64,000 nt of DNA, taken from IMG/VR virus record IMGVR_UViG_3300020045_001587, positions 19,725 through 83,724 of that record; one strand, given 5' to 3'. Of the stretch, positions 28,163 to 36,782 are shown one piece after another. The translations under genes were made by a program, and so were the position numbers. The DNA comes from a virus. Lineage: Duplodnaviria > Caudoviricetes. The notes beneath the pieces are model-generated. The model ran no database searches, was not told the DNA's origin, and worked only from the letters and a program-made list of their open reading frames with translations. Position 1 is the stretch's first letter, and each line of letters opens with the position of its first letter.

Positions 28163-28423
28163 ATGCTGACGATTTATTCTAAAAACGGTTGCAGTGCTTG
28201 TGTATCAGCAGCTAACCTTCTAACTAATTACAACATTCCTTTCAAGGAAGTTAAGATTGACCAAGATGATAATGCTAAACAGTTTATTCTTGGCCGAGGA
28301 TTCCGAACTGTTCCTCAAATCTTCAATGGAGATAAACTGTTCGTTGCAGGAGGTTGGCTTGGTCTTATGAAAATGTCTGAGCAAGATATCAAGGCTTTGC
28401 TTTACGGAACGGAAGGAGCATGA
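28163..28423 (+). CDS. glutaredoxin/NrdH-like redoxin
   Basis: TIYSKNGCSAC..RTVPQIF..GG. Confidence 0.9.
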   Translation: MLTIYSKNGCSACVSAANLLTNYNIPFKEVKIDQDDNAKQFILGRGFRTVPQIFNGDKLFVAGGWLGLMKMSEQDIKALLYGTEGA

Positions 28424-28495
28424 ATGCTTGATTGGCCTGATATGGAGTTTCCACCAATCAATCTCTGGAATGCTCCACATTTGAAATAATAACAA

Positions 28496-28524
28496 TTGAC
28501 AACCCTGAGAAGACCCTATAAAAT
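28496..28524 (+). promoter_or_regulatory. sigma70 promoter, 17-bp spacer
   Basis: TTGACA-N17-TAAAAT; the -10 lies inside an inverted repeat. Confidence 0.7.
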
Positions 28525-28549
28525 GGGCTTCTCAGCTAAAGGAGAAATA

Positions 28550-29008
28550 ATGAGATTTTCTACATTTTGGAAACTGTTTGGAGAGAAGGGTGAGCAACAT
28601 CCACATGTCCCTCCAAAGCCAATTCCACCACCAATGCCAGAAGTTGTACACCCACCTCTGAGTGAGCCTGTTCTATCTATAATCCGTACTCTGGAAAACG
28701 GTGAGTGGACTAGTTATTGTTCCAAAGGAGGTATTTATTGTCAATCTTATGAGTTCGCACATAAAAAGACTTCTTTGAAGATTAAAGTCCACGTGAGCGT
28801 GATTGATCGAGGTATTGGCGAAAAGATAAAAGTTCTTTACTATACTGACGAGCCTTACATGACGCAGTACGAAAGAGAAGCAGTTGGTAAAGCAGCGATG
28901 GAGAGTAAAATTAAATTTGATGCTATTCAAAAGTTGGAACGAGATGCTAAACGTAAAGAAGAGTTTATGGTATTGATAGAAACCACACATTCTAGTAAGG
29001 AGAACTAA
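28550..29008 (+). CDS. hypothetical protein with Pro-rich N-terminus
   Basis: SD AAGGAG. Confidence 0.7.
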   Translation: MRFSTFWKLFGEKGEQHPHVPPKPIPPPMPEVVHPPLSEPVLSIIRTLENGEWTSYCSKGGIYCQSYEFAHKKTSLKIKVHVSVIDRGIGEKIKVLYYTDEPYMTQYEREAVGKAAMESKIKFDAIQKLERDAKRKEEFMVLIETTHSSKEN

Positions 29009-29191
29009 ATGTCAAAACTAATTGACACAGCGCTGTCAAAGCTACTAAAATTCATTGTAGCATTCGTTGTAATGTTCTTTGCAATTATTGTAGGATATCC
29101 ACTTATTGTTGTGAGTAGTGTGGCTCTTGTGGCTTATTACACTGTTGCTGTTGTGAAGCTGACGTACCAGAATTTCTTGAAAGGTGAATGA
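29009..29191 (+). CDS. small membrane protein
   Basis: SD AAGGAG; long hydrophobic stretch. Confidence 0.65.
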   Translation: MSKLIDTALSKLLKFIVAFVVMFFAIIVGYPLIVVSSVALVAYYTVAVVKLTYQNFLKGE

Positions 29192-29424
29192 TGCGTTATT
29201 CTTCTGACAAAAACGATGAGGGATATCAAGCACTACAAGACGTCAGGGTACTAGGTAAGAATGTATTTGTATATTTAGACGGAGACAAAGTAGAAGAAGT
29301 GTTCACCGTGGATACAGAGATTGGGTATATTCATAAATACTGCCAACCACTTGAAACCACTAAAGATGGTGACAAACTAGTAACTGAAGGAATCTTCGGT
29401 AATGTAACTATTGAAATTAAATAA
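29188..29424 (+). CDS. hypothetical protein
   Basis: V.LDG..V..V.T.DTE.GYI pattern. Confidence 0.65.
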   Translation: MMRYSSDKNDEGYQALQDVRVLGKNVFVYLDGDKVEEVFTVDTEIGYIHKYCQPLETTKDGDKLVTEGIFGNVTIEIK

Positions 29425-29433
29425 GGAAATAAT

Positions 29434-29811
29434 ATGACCCAAACTAACACCACTACCACCCTCGTAGAATACTCCCGCGAACTGATGCCTAAGTTCCGCA
29501 CTCTTGCCAAGAAGAACGAAATTCTTAAAGAATGGGCCGCAGAAGACACCACTGTTCTTGAATATAAAGTGCAAATCAAAGCACTCCAAGATGAAATGAA
29601 AGCCTACATTGAAGAAACGGAAAGTGAGCTTGTACGTGAAATCAAAGACCTCTCCACCGATATTGGTTTGGCTTGCAAGGCTGCTGCTAAAGGCTCTGAC
29701 TATGAAGCGAAAGATTTGAAAGCGTACTTCAAGAAACGCTCTGAAGATAAGGTTGAGGAAGTTGTGCAGAAGGGCGTTCTGTTCTGCGAACTGGAACAGG
29801 AGCTTGCATAA
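29434..29811 (+). CDS. helical hypothetical protein, possibly DNA-binding
   Basis: SD AAGGA; coiled coil. Confidence 0.65.
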   Translation: MTQTNTTTTLVEYSRELMPKFRTLAKKNEILKEWAAEDTTVLEYKVQIKALQDEMKAYIEETESELVREIKDLSTDIGLACKAAAKGSDYEAKDLKAYFKKRSEDKVEEVVQKGVLFCELEQELA

Positions 29812-30107
29812 TGTATATTGCCCTCGACTACGACGATACGTACACGCTTGATCCTGCTGCTTGGGATGAGTTTATCTTGATGATGCAAGAACATCAGCAT
29901 GAAGTGTATATTGTGACGGGACGTAGTAAACCTATTCCAAAGAAACATCGTAAGCATCTTTCTGATCTAGTTGATGGTATCTATTACACCGGAGGTAAAG
30001 CTAAGAAGCCTTATATGGAACGAATTGGCATTTACATTAATATTTGGTGTGATGACAACCCCAAGCGAATCCTGAAAGATAAGAAGCCTAAGCTAAAAGA
30101 AATCTAA
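29811..30107 (+). CDS. HAD-superfamily hydrolase
   Basis: IALDYDDT, IVTGR, WCDDNP. Confidence 0.85.
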   Translation: MYIALDYDDTYTLDPAAWDEFILMMQEHQHEVYIVTGRSKPIPKKHRKHLSDLVDGIYYTGGKAKKPYMERIGIYINIWCDDNPKRILKDKKPKLKEI

Positions 30108-30191
30108 AGTACAATAAAAGAAGCTCAGAGTCCTGTGAAGGATATCTGAGCAAATCCCTCACACGAGGGTATTCCCACCAAAGGAAAGCGT

Positions 30192-30410
30192 ATGAATCTT
30201 AATGATATTGTTCCGCTGGTTGTAAAGTATTCTCCAGCGGCTAATTGTGTTTTGCAATTGCTGGGTGAACCTCAAAAGGAATTCATCCACAATAATGCTG
30301 AATGGCTCTCGCCATATATGCAAACTAAGGAAGGGCAAGAAGCTTTGCATTTATTTCTCGTAGAGTTTGCAGAGTTTGTTTTGAAGCAGAAAGCAAGAAA
30401 TGCAGGGTGA
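30192..30410 (+). CDS. hypothetical protein
   Basis: SD AAGGA. Confidence 0.6.
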   Translation: MNLNDIVPLVVKYSPAANCVLQLLGEPQKEFIHNNAEWLSPYMQTKEGQEALHLFLVEFAEFVLKQKARNAG

Positions 30411-30897
30411 AGTAATATCCCAACAAGCATTAAAAGAAATTCTTAGTTACAACCCTGATACAGGTATATTTACTTGGATAAAATCCCCTAGGCCGGGCTG
30501 GGTTAATAAAGTTGCTGGCTATTTACATGAGACATATATTGACATCTCAATAAATAGAAAAGCGTACAAAGCTCACCGTCTTGCTTGGCTGTATATCTAC
30601 GGAAACTTTCCAGACTGTGAAATTGACCATGTAAACTTAAACAGGACAGATAATAGAATCAGTAATTTAAGGTTAGCAACGGAAGAAGAACAAGCCAGTA
30701 ATAAATCAAGGTACAAGAATAATAAAAGTGGAGTGAAAGGAGTCTACAAAGATAGTAGGTATGATAAATGGATTGCTGTCATTTACAAAGATAGGCGAAG
30801 CTATTATATTGGGTCATTTGAATTACTAGAAGACGCTGCTGAAGCAATTAAGATTAAAAGGGAAGAATTACACGGCGCTTTTTGTAATCATGGGTAG
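30400..30897 (+). CDS. HNH-AP2 homing endonuclease
   Basis: LSYNPDTGIFTW..AHRLAWLY..IDHVNLNRTDNRISNLR..SGVKGV. Confidence 0.9.
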   Translation: MQGEVISQQALKEILSYNPDTGIFTWIKSPRPGWVNKVAGYLHETYIDISINRKAYKAHRLAWLYIYGNFPDCEIDHVNLNRTDNRISNLRLATEEEQASNKSRYKNNKSGVKGVYKDSRYDKWIAVIYKDRRSYYIGSFELLEDAAEAIKIKREELHGAFCNHG

Positions 30898-30900
30898 TGG

Positions 30901-30925
30901 GAGGGAGCCGCTTGGCTCCCTCTTT
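30901..30925 (+). terminator. intrinsic terminator between convergent operons
   Basis: GAGGGAGCC-GCTT-GGCTCCCTC-TTT. Confidence 0.75.
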
Positions 30926-31026
30926 GCTATGAATTACGTGCTATTGCAAGTTTCAGTCTAAGCTAGTGATGCTACCAGTCGCCATAAACTATAGTGCTAT
31001 GTGCTAAAGCAGCATCAATGCACACC

Positions 31027-32091
31027 TCAATTTACGCGAGTGTTTGCGGCGCTGGCAGTTTGACCTGCTGTCCCTTGTACACCAAAATTGATGTTGCTTT
31101 GTGTCTGACGAACAACCTGAATGTCATTAGCCAGATTGCCAACCTGTGCAGCTAGTTGAGCAAGAATCTGGAATTGTTGCTGTTGCTGAGTCTGTGCTTG
31201 AATCTGGTTTTGATTCTGGTTCACAGTTTGGGCAACATTGACTTCCACTTCGCGGCTACGACCAGCAGCACGAGTTTCTGCCAGTTGTGCTTCAGCGACA
31301 GCCAGCATGCGTTGCAGATTAGCATCGTTTTGCGACACGATCAGAGCACGAGTCTTGTCACCGTCATCACGCACAGCCGTAGTAATAGCGTACTGAGAAT
31401 CTTTAGTAGCGTTCAGGTTAGCAACACCGTAAGCTGCGATAGATTCTTTGATGGAGCCTTGCGAGGCCAGAGAAGCAGCAATAGCTTCGGAAACACCCTT
31501 GTTGATGCTTGCCGTAGACATTGCAATGTTCTGGTTTGTCAGGCTATTTGCCAGAGCAGAAGCTGTAGCGTTGGTGTTAGCAATCAGGGTAAGATTATTA
31601 TCAACACCAGCAAGGGCCAACTGAACTTGTGATTCAGCCAGAGGCACAGCAGCCTTGATGTCGCCAAGAGCTTGCAGAACAACAGTGTTCTGTGCTGTAT
31701 CAGTGATTTGTGCAGCCGTAGATGCCAGCAGAGAAGGCGTAACAACACCACCTACAGCGCCATCACCATCACCGCCTAGAATACCACCACGGCGACCAAG
31801 TAGCGCGCCACCCAATACCCCACCCAATACTCCAGCTCCAAGTCCTCCACCGATGGCACCGGCTGTATTACCCCCGGCATTGCCCATCACCATTGGCAGA
31901 ACACTTCCCAAGCCACTTCCAAATACGTTTACGTCAGGTGTACTCATTTTCATTTCCTCTTTTAAATGTTTGATTTTCTTTTCAATACGAGCAGCACGAG
32001 CGACACTATTGTCTTCATGCTGTTGTAGGCGAGTGCCTACGTCTTGCAGGGTTTCCACTGACCCCATTGAAGGGGCTACAGATTCGTCCAT
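31027..32091 (-). CDS. glycine-zipper, Ala/Gln-rich protein of unknown function (alternative start at 31947)
   Basis: GGGLGAGVLGGVLGGALLG; DGDKTRALI motif; internal SD plus M-K-M. Confidence 0.8.
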   Translation of the reverse strand: MDESVAPSMGSVETLQDVGTRLQQHEDNSVARAARIEKKIKHLKEEMKMSTPDVNVFGSGLGSVLPMVMGNAGGNTAGAIGGGLGAGVLGGVLGGALLGRRGGILGGDGDGAVGGVVTPSLLASTAAQITDTAQNTVVLQALGDIKAAVPLAESQVQLALAGVDNNLTLIANTNATASALANSLTNQNIAMSTASINKGVSEAIAASLASQGSIKESIAAYGVANLNATKDSQYAITTAVRDDGDKTRALIVSQNDANLQRMLAVAEAQLAETRAAGRSREVEVNVAQTVNQNQNQIQAQTQQQQQFQILAQLAAQVGNLANDIQVVRQTQSNINFGVQGTAGQTASAANTRVN

Positions 32092-32275
32092 AAAACACCT
32101 CTTTCTAATGTGTTAGAATTAAGTAAAGGAGTTATTAGAAAATGTATCTTTCGATACACATTTAGATACTCACAGCTTCTATGAGTATTCGCACAACATA
32201 TTGCTACGTCGTGCTCAACGGCTCTTGCCATTGTCTTGCAGAGAACACAAAGAGGGCCATGTTCTCAATTCAAAT

Positions 32276-32542
32276 TTATTTTGTTGCTTTAATTAATGCG
32301 TCCATACGATCTGAACATTCCCAGAAGATAGCTGCATTAGTTGTAATATTCACCAAAGCATCCTTGCCAGTTGTTCCCTCAAGGGCCACTATTGGCTTGC
32401 ACGGTTGCTGGAGAGATGGATTCAATTTTACGTCCTGAGATGGCTTGATTGGCAATTGACAGCCCTGAATTGTCAAGACAATTGTTAGTGTAAACAGGCT
32501 TCTCAATAATCTTTGATACAGTTTTGGTGATGGTTCGCACAT
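32276..32542 (-). CDS. o-spanin (Rz1-like lipoprotein)
   Basis: Lipobox IQGC after a hydrophobic stretch; overlaps the i-spanin in another frame. Confidence 0.75.
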   Translation of the reverse strand: MCEPSPKLYQRLLRSLFTLTIVLTIQGCQLPIKPSQDVKLNPSLQQPCKPIVALEGTTGKDALVNITTNAAIFWECSDRMDALIKATK

Positions 32543-32756
32543 TATCTTCTCTATTCTTTTTAGTGTCTTCCAACTCTTGCGCAATAGTGTTATACTTGTC
32601 TTGCTGAATTTTGTCAGCCTTAGCTTGCTTGGCAAGCATATCTTCTGTGCATTGCTTGTAACCGCTCTCGTACACGTAATAGCCAATTCCGAAGAACACA
32701 GCAATGACGATGAGATACTCGCCTAGCTTGGCTTGCCAGCCTAGTAGCCCAAACAT
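32379..32756 (-). CDS. i-spanin (Rz-like)
   Basis: N-terminal TM segment, coiled coil, C-terminal Cys. Confidence 0.8.
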   Translation of the reverse strand: MFGLLGWQAKLGEYLIVIAVFFGIGYYVYESGYKQCTEDMLAKQAKADKIQQDKYNTIAQELEDTKKNREDNVRTITKTVSKIIEKPVYTNNCLDNSGLSIANQAISGRKIESISPATVQANSGP

Positions 32757-33001
32757 TATTCTGGCTCCTTCGGTGTGTCCTTTTTAATTGCTAATGCACC
32801 TCCGAGTGTTGCGAGAATTGCACCTAAGCCTCCTGAGAATGCAAGCATATCAAAAGGGACGTGTTGAATGAATGTGGAGTAAAAGTGGCAGCCGAAAGCG
32901 TATGTTGTTCCTCCTAATGCTGTGAGACGAACAGGGCAGATGGTTTTATTATCAGGTTCTGTTGTGATGTTGTTTATTGTCTTCTTCATCTTTTCCCACA
33001 T
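32756..33001 (-). CDS. putative holin
   Basis: Two hydrophobic segments, charged C-terminus, located between endolysin and spanins. Confidence 0.6.
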   Translation of the reverse strand: MWEKMKKTINNITTEPDNKTICPVRLTALGGTTYAFGCHFYSTFIQHVPFDMLAFSGGLGAILATLGGALAIKKDTPKEPE

Positions 33002-33002
33002 A

Positions 33003-33485
33003 CTATTCCCTCACACTCTTGAATAGATCAGATTCCTTCTGGCGGCGGTTAATAAGCCCTTGTACAATTTTACCATTGTCTTTATTCCAGAGCTTGAATG
33101 CTTCAGCAGCGGATGGCATGTTATCTTGGTCAATATATCGGCGTACTGAGGATGTATTATATCCATCAATCTTTTTCTTCTCGTCACCCATTCCGATATT
33201 GTAAGCAAGAGAAGTACAAGCTGCCAGCTTCTCAGGGGAGTGCTCTAGGAGCTTAGGAGAAGCCTTTAGGACGGCTTCCATAAACTCTCTAGCACGTACT
33301 ACTAGGCTTTCCTCAGCTTGCTCCTGAGTCCATTTAACGCCTTTTACAACGCCCTTTGTTTCTCCATAACCAACAGTCCACACTCCACCGCCATCTTGAT
33401 AGGCTACTAGCTTACAGCCTTCAAAAAGCTTGATTACTTTTATGGCAATTGGAAGGGCTACCGCAATTAGTTGTTCTTTACTCAT
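33003..33485 (-). CDS. GH24 lysozyme endolysin
   Basis: FEGCKLVAYQDGGGVWTVGYGET..WNKDNG..GLINRR. Confidence 0.95.
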   Translation of the reverse strand: MSKEQLIAVALPIAIKVIKLFEGCKLVAYQDGGGVWTVGYGETKGVVKGVKWTQEQAEESLVVRAREFMEAVLKASPKLLEHSPEKLAACTSLAYNIGMGDEKKKIDGYNTSSVRRYIDQDNMPSAAEAFKLWNKDNGKIVQGLINRRQKESDLFKSVRE

Positions 33486-33550
33486 ATTATTGTTCCTTGT
33501 ATTTGGTGGAGGGCACTTCAGTGCCCAGCCTTCTGCGAGGCTTTGTGTTA

Positions 33551-33913
33551 CTATTTATCTTGGTTGTGAAACATTATTGACATCTGCTGAAGAATATTTT
33601 TCTCCATGGCCTGCATGGCCTCTTTAAGGCCTGATATTTGTTCCCTGAAGCCTGATGATACAATTTCAATATCACGTTGTTGTCGTTGCTCTAACTTCTC
33701 GATAAGACGGGCGTTATTTGACACAATACTCTCCATGTCTTTCTCCATTTTACGATCAAGTTCTACAAGTCTGTCAGAGTTAGCTTTAAGTTCTAGCAGG
33801 CGGGAGTGCTCTTTCGTTTCTGCACGAATAAGGTTCCAAACAACTCCAAACAATGCTGATAGGATAACGAAGCATCCACTAAGTATCCATGTTAAAACTT
33901 CTGCGGAAGGCAT
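33551..33913 (-). CDS. single-TM coiled-coil protein (holin/antiholin candidate)
   Basis: N-terminal TM segment; directly upstream of the endolysin. Confidence 0.6.
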   Translation of the reverse strand: MPSAEVLTWILSGCFVILSALFGVVWNLIRAETKEHSRLLELKANSDRLVELDRKMEKDMESIVSNNARLIEKLEQRQQRDIEIVSSGFREQISGLKEAMQAMEKNILQQMSIMFHNQDK

Positions 33914-34284
33914 CGTTTTACCCTTTCTTTTATAAATTGAATGATAGGATTAGAGAATATGATGCAAGGAACAATCTCTAGGTGTTCTAGTGCTTGTACT
34001 ATCAGGTAGTAGGTATTATTTGTATGGAGAATCCAGCTAATAATATGACTTATTGTCAGCATTGAACATATTCCAAATATGGCTAGTTTTGCCGGAACAT
34101 TCATTCCTATCGCAACCAAAGTTATTAATGTCTCTGCGACAATACAAACCATAAACCATGCCGACCTATTTGTGATATACTCAACAGGAAGGTAGTGGCT
34201 CAAGCCCACCAACAACGTGAGCAAGAGCATTCTACGATCCGTCCTGCATAACCAGATAGCTAGTAATAACAGGACGGCATACAT
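33892..34284 (-). CDS. multi-pass membrane protein (about 4 TM)
   Basis: Hydrophobic throughout. Confidence 0.7.
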   Translation of the reverse strand: MYAVLLLLAIWLCRTDRRMLLLTLLVGLSHYLPVEYITNRSAWFMVCIVAETLITLVAIGMNVPAKLAIFGICSMLTISHIISWILHTNNTYYLIVQALEHLEIVPCIIFSNPIIQFIKERVKRCLPQKF

Positions 34285-34367
34285 TACGCTTCGTCAGGCG
34301 GTTTGCCGCCGCCCGTGTCAGGAGTTGGCAAAACAGGAGGAACAACAGGCTCAATAATATCGCTCAT
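34284..34367 (-). CDS. 27-aa Pro-rich micro-peptide
   Basis: SD AAGGT; MSDIIEPVVPPVLPTPDTGGGKPPDEA; TAATG overlap with the next gene. Confidence 0.6.
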   Translation of the reverse strand: MSDIIEPVVPPVLPTPDTGGGKPPDEA

Positions 34368-34420
34368 AAACTACCTTTCAAAGTGTGCCGAAGCACGTTA
34401 CGTCCAAAGTGGACAATTAG

Positions 34421-36730
34421 TTAAATCAAACCTTCAACAGTACAAGTGAGATAACTATTGGTAGAATACGCACAATCAATTTCCCAATCCTTGTAATATC
34501 CATAGATGATGAGAGAAGTTTTCTCATTACTATTCAGATTGGTAATATTTGTGTTAGCATTCCATACGCACGGCGTCGCTCGTGCATTTGATAGAATACG
34601 TGCAACCAAATCAACCTGAGAGTCATCTACCAAACTCTTAGTGCTCATACGTTTGGCATAACCACGTTTAGTTAGAGTAGGATTGCCGAAAGCGTCCACA
34701 GTCTTTATTGAGTAGTCTGTAATACCAATTGTAGGCGATGTTTCTGTAGAGCCTAAATAGTATTTTGTGCCTACGACGAAGTTACCAATCGCAGGTGCTA
34801 GAGTCGCATGATAAATGTCTAACGTCACATAAGTGTCTGCTGACATTGGAAGCCCTGTTATGGTGTAGTCCGTTATTGGTACACCTATAGCTCCACCGGT
34901 GAAGTCTATCACTGAAGAATACACAGAAGTATATCCAGAATAGACATTAACTGTTATACTGTCAGCCACAACATTAATGAAACTCATGCTTGGAAGATTA
35001 GCATATGCAATGGTTGCAATAATGCGCCCACCAACTGTCCCTACTGTCTGAGTACCAACTTGGGAGTCAAGCATTGCATACTTGTTTGTAGGACCAATCA
35101 CAGACCACCATGTAGGTGATGTGGCAGGATTGTGGTCAGCATTAGATGCTTGTAGGGACGCATACTTTACATGGTTGTATATAACAGAATTGCTCCCAGC
35201 AACATCAACACCATAAGTTGTGGCACTAGACCAAACTGGAAAATCATTCTCTAAGATATTACTATAAACCAACCCTGTAGTGTACAAGTCAGCAGACCTT
35301 ACATTGCTGAGTGAGGATGTGTAAGAGTCCGCTGTAGATGTTACAGCCGCAGTGCTTGTAAGTATTACGGAAGTCTCAACATAGCCAGTTTCAAATTGAG
35401 CATTCCATATAGTCTGACTGCCTACAGCAGTCACATCAACTATCCCTGACCCGTTACTGTTAAATGCTGGGTACACGTCAACAGAGGTAGTAGAAAGACT
35501 GTTATTAAAAGTTCCAATGGAAACCCTCCACCATGCAGGGTAACTTCTAACATTGACATACTTTGGATCATTTGTTGACGAATTAGTTACATATGCTCCA
35601 GTGTCAGTGTTAAAGACAATACCAGCTTTATACGTGCTTGTACCCATAACAATGGCTGGATAGATAGTGGCCCCAGAGGTTTTCTTTATGAATACCGAGA
35701 ATACTCTCATCAGAGTATCCGATGGAGTCGTTACAGATTGTGTCAATAAACCAGAGGTTATATTACTAGAATCAGTGATTATTGTACCTGAACTATTAGA
35801 TACAGTTGGGTCAGATGAGTTATTAGAACCTACTGAGATATTTGTTGCTACCCAAGGAGAGGATAAAAACGTTCTTGACCTTAATAACATATTAGTTATG
35901 GAAGGCTCTAGGAGTAACTTAGGCGCTAGCGTTAAATTATCTGGAGTATAGTCATTTCTAGCTGCTCCGGTAACTGTATCTAATAGTCCGCTTGCGTTTG
36001 TATAGTATTTAGTCCCTGATGTCGATACAAATGTTTGTACAGAGGGGATATAGCTTGTTGGAACCAGCCCTGTCTCTACTTGAGCACCCCAAACGTAGAT
36101 ACCTGAAGAGCCATCACCAGTGTAACTAATACCGCCGTTGTATGTTCCCACAATAAGGTTTACTGAGCCGATAGCTTGAGCAACTGTGCATCTATACCAG
36201 CCATTTCCTACATTCTGGATAGATGGAGCTATTGCCGGTGTCCCTTGTGCAATTACTGTGTAAGTACCTGCCACCAAATCAAATGAGACAGTGCTTCCTG
36301 TTCCCCCCGTACCTGTAGTACGAATGTATGCACTTGTCCGCTCTCTCGCTTTTAGATATACGGAGCAAACACAGCTTGGAGACACACTTACGAAAATAGT
36401 TCTGTCAATAGTGTGATTGTTATTAGCTGTATTCTCTATTAAAGCTATTGCTGTGTATGTACCATCTGGCGCTTTAGCAGCATGTGGTGCAACTGTAGCG
36501 TTAGAACGATTCCATACAGCTACTCCAAAATCTTCCGTCTCATTATAAACGTTTGTTGCGGCAGCTTCAATAACTGGTACAGGGGGGGCACTTAGGTTAG
36601 CAGGATTGTACCCGACTCGCAATACGTCGTTAGCTGCGAAGGTCAAGAGTCCTGTGCTATTATAGTAAGCTGCTTTAGAACTTCTTGTGAATATACTTGT
36701 TCCAAGAGTCTGTGGTATAATTAAATCCAT
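34421..36730 (-). CDS. tail tip/fibre fusion protein
   Basis: Follows the TMP; two repeated E...TN..W...W.AQ.E.G...TS.I modules; C-terminal DYSIKTVDAFGN..RG.AKRMS. Confidence 0.75.
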   Translation of the reverse strand: MDLIIPQTLGTSIFTRSSKAAYYNSTGLLTFAANDVLRVGYNPANLSAPPVPVIEAAATNVYNETEDFGVAVWNRSNATVAPHAAKAPDGTYTAIALIENTANNNHTIDRTIFVSVSPSCVCSVYLKARERTSAYIRTTGTGGTGSTVSFDLVAGTYTVIAQGTPAIAPSIQNVGNGWYRCTVAQAIGSVNLIVGTYNGGISYTGDGSSGIYVWGAQVETGLVPTSYIPSVQTFVSTSGTKYYTNASGLLDTVTGAARNDYTPDNLTLAPKLLLEPSITNMLLRSRTFLSSPWVATNISVGSNNSSDPTVSNSSGTIITDSSNITSGLLTQSVTTPSDTLMRVFSVFIKKTSGATIYPAIVMGTSTYKAGIVFNTDTGAYVTNSSTNDPKYVNVRSYPAWWRVSIGTFNNSLSTTSVDVYPAFNSNGSGIVDVTAVGSQTIWNAQFETGYVETSVILTSTAAVTSTADSYTSSLSNVRSADLYTTGLVYSNILENDFPVWSSATTYGVDVAGSNSVIYNHVKYASLQASNADHNPATSPTWWSVIGPTNKYAMLDSQVGTQTVGTVGGRIIATIAYANLPSMSFINVVADSITVNVYSGYTSVYSSVIDFTGGAIGVPITDYTITGLPMSADTYVTLDIYHATLAPAIGNFVVGTKYYLGSTETSPTIGITDYSIKTVDAFGNPTLTKRGYAKRMSTKSLVDDSQVDLVARILSNARATPCVWNANTNITNLNSNEKTSLIIYGYYKDWEIDCAYSTNSYLTCTVEGLI

Positions 36731-36745
36731 CGTATTCCTTTAAAG

Positions 36746-36773
36746 AGAAACCTCCTATGTAAGCGAGGTTTCT
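36746..36773 (-). terminator. hairpin or terminator after the TMP
   Basis: AGAAACCTC-N10-GAGGTTTCT inverted repeat. Confidence 0.5.
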
Positions 36774-36782
36774 ATAATTACA

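Noticed and set aside
31156-32438. Plus-strand ORFs antisense to the glycine-zipper gene
   Set aside because: No SD; they are shadows of the Ala/Gly-biased codons on the coding strand.
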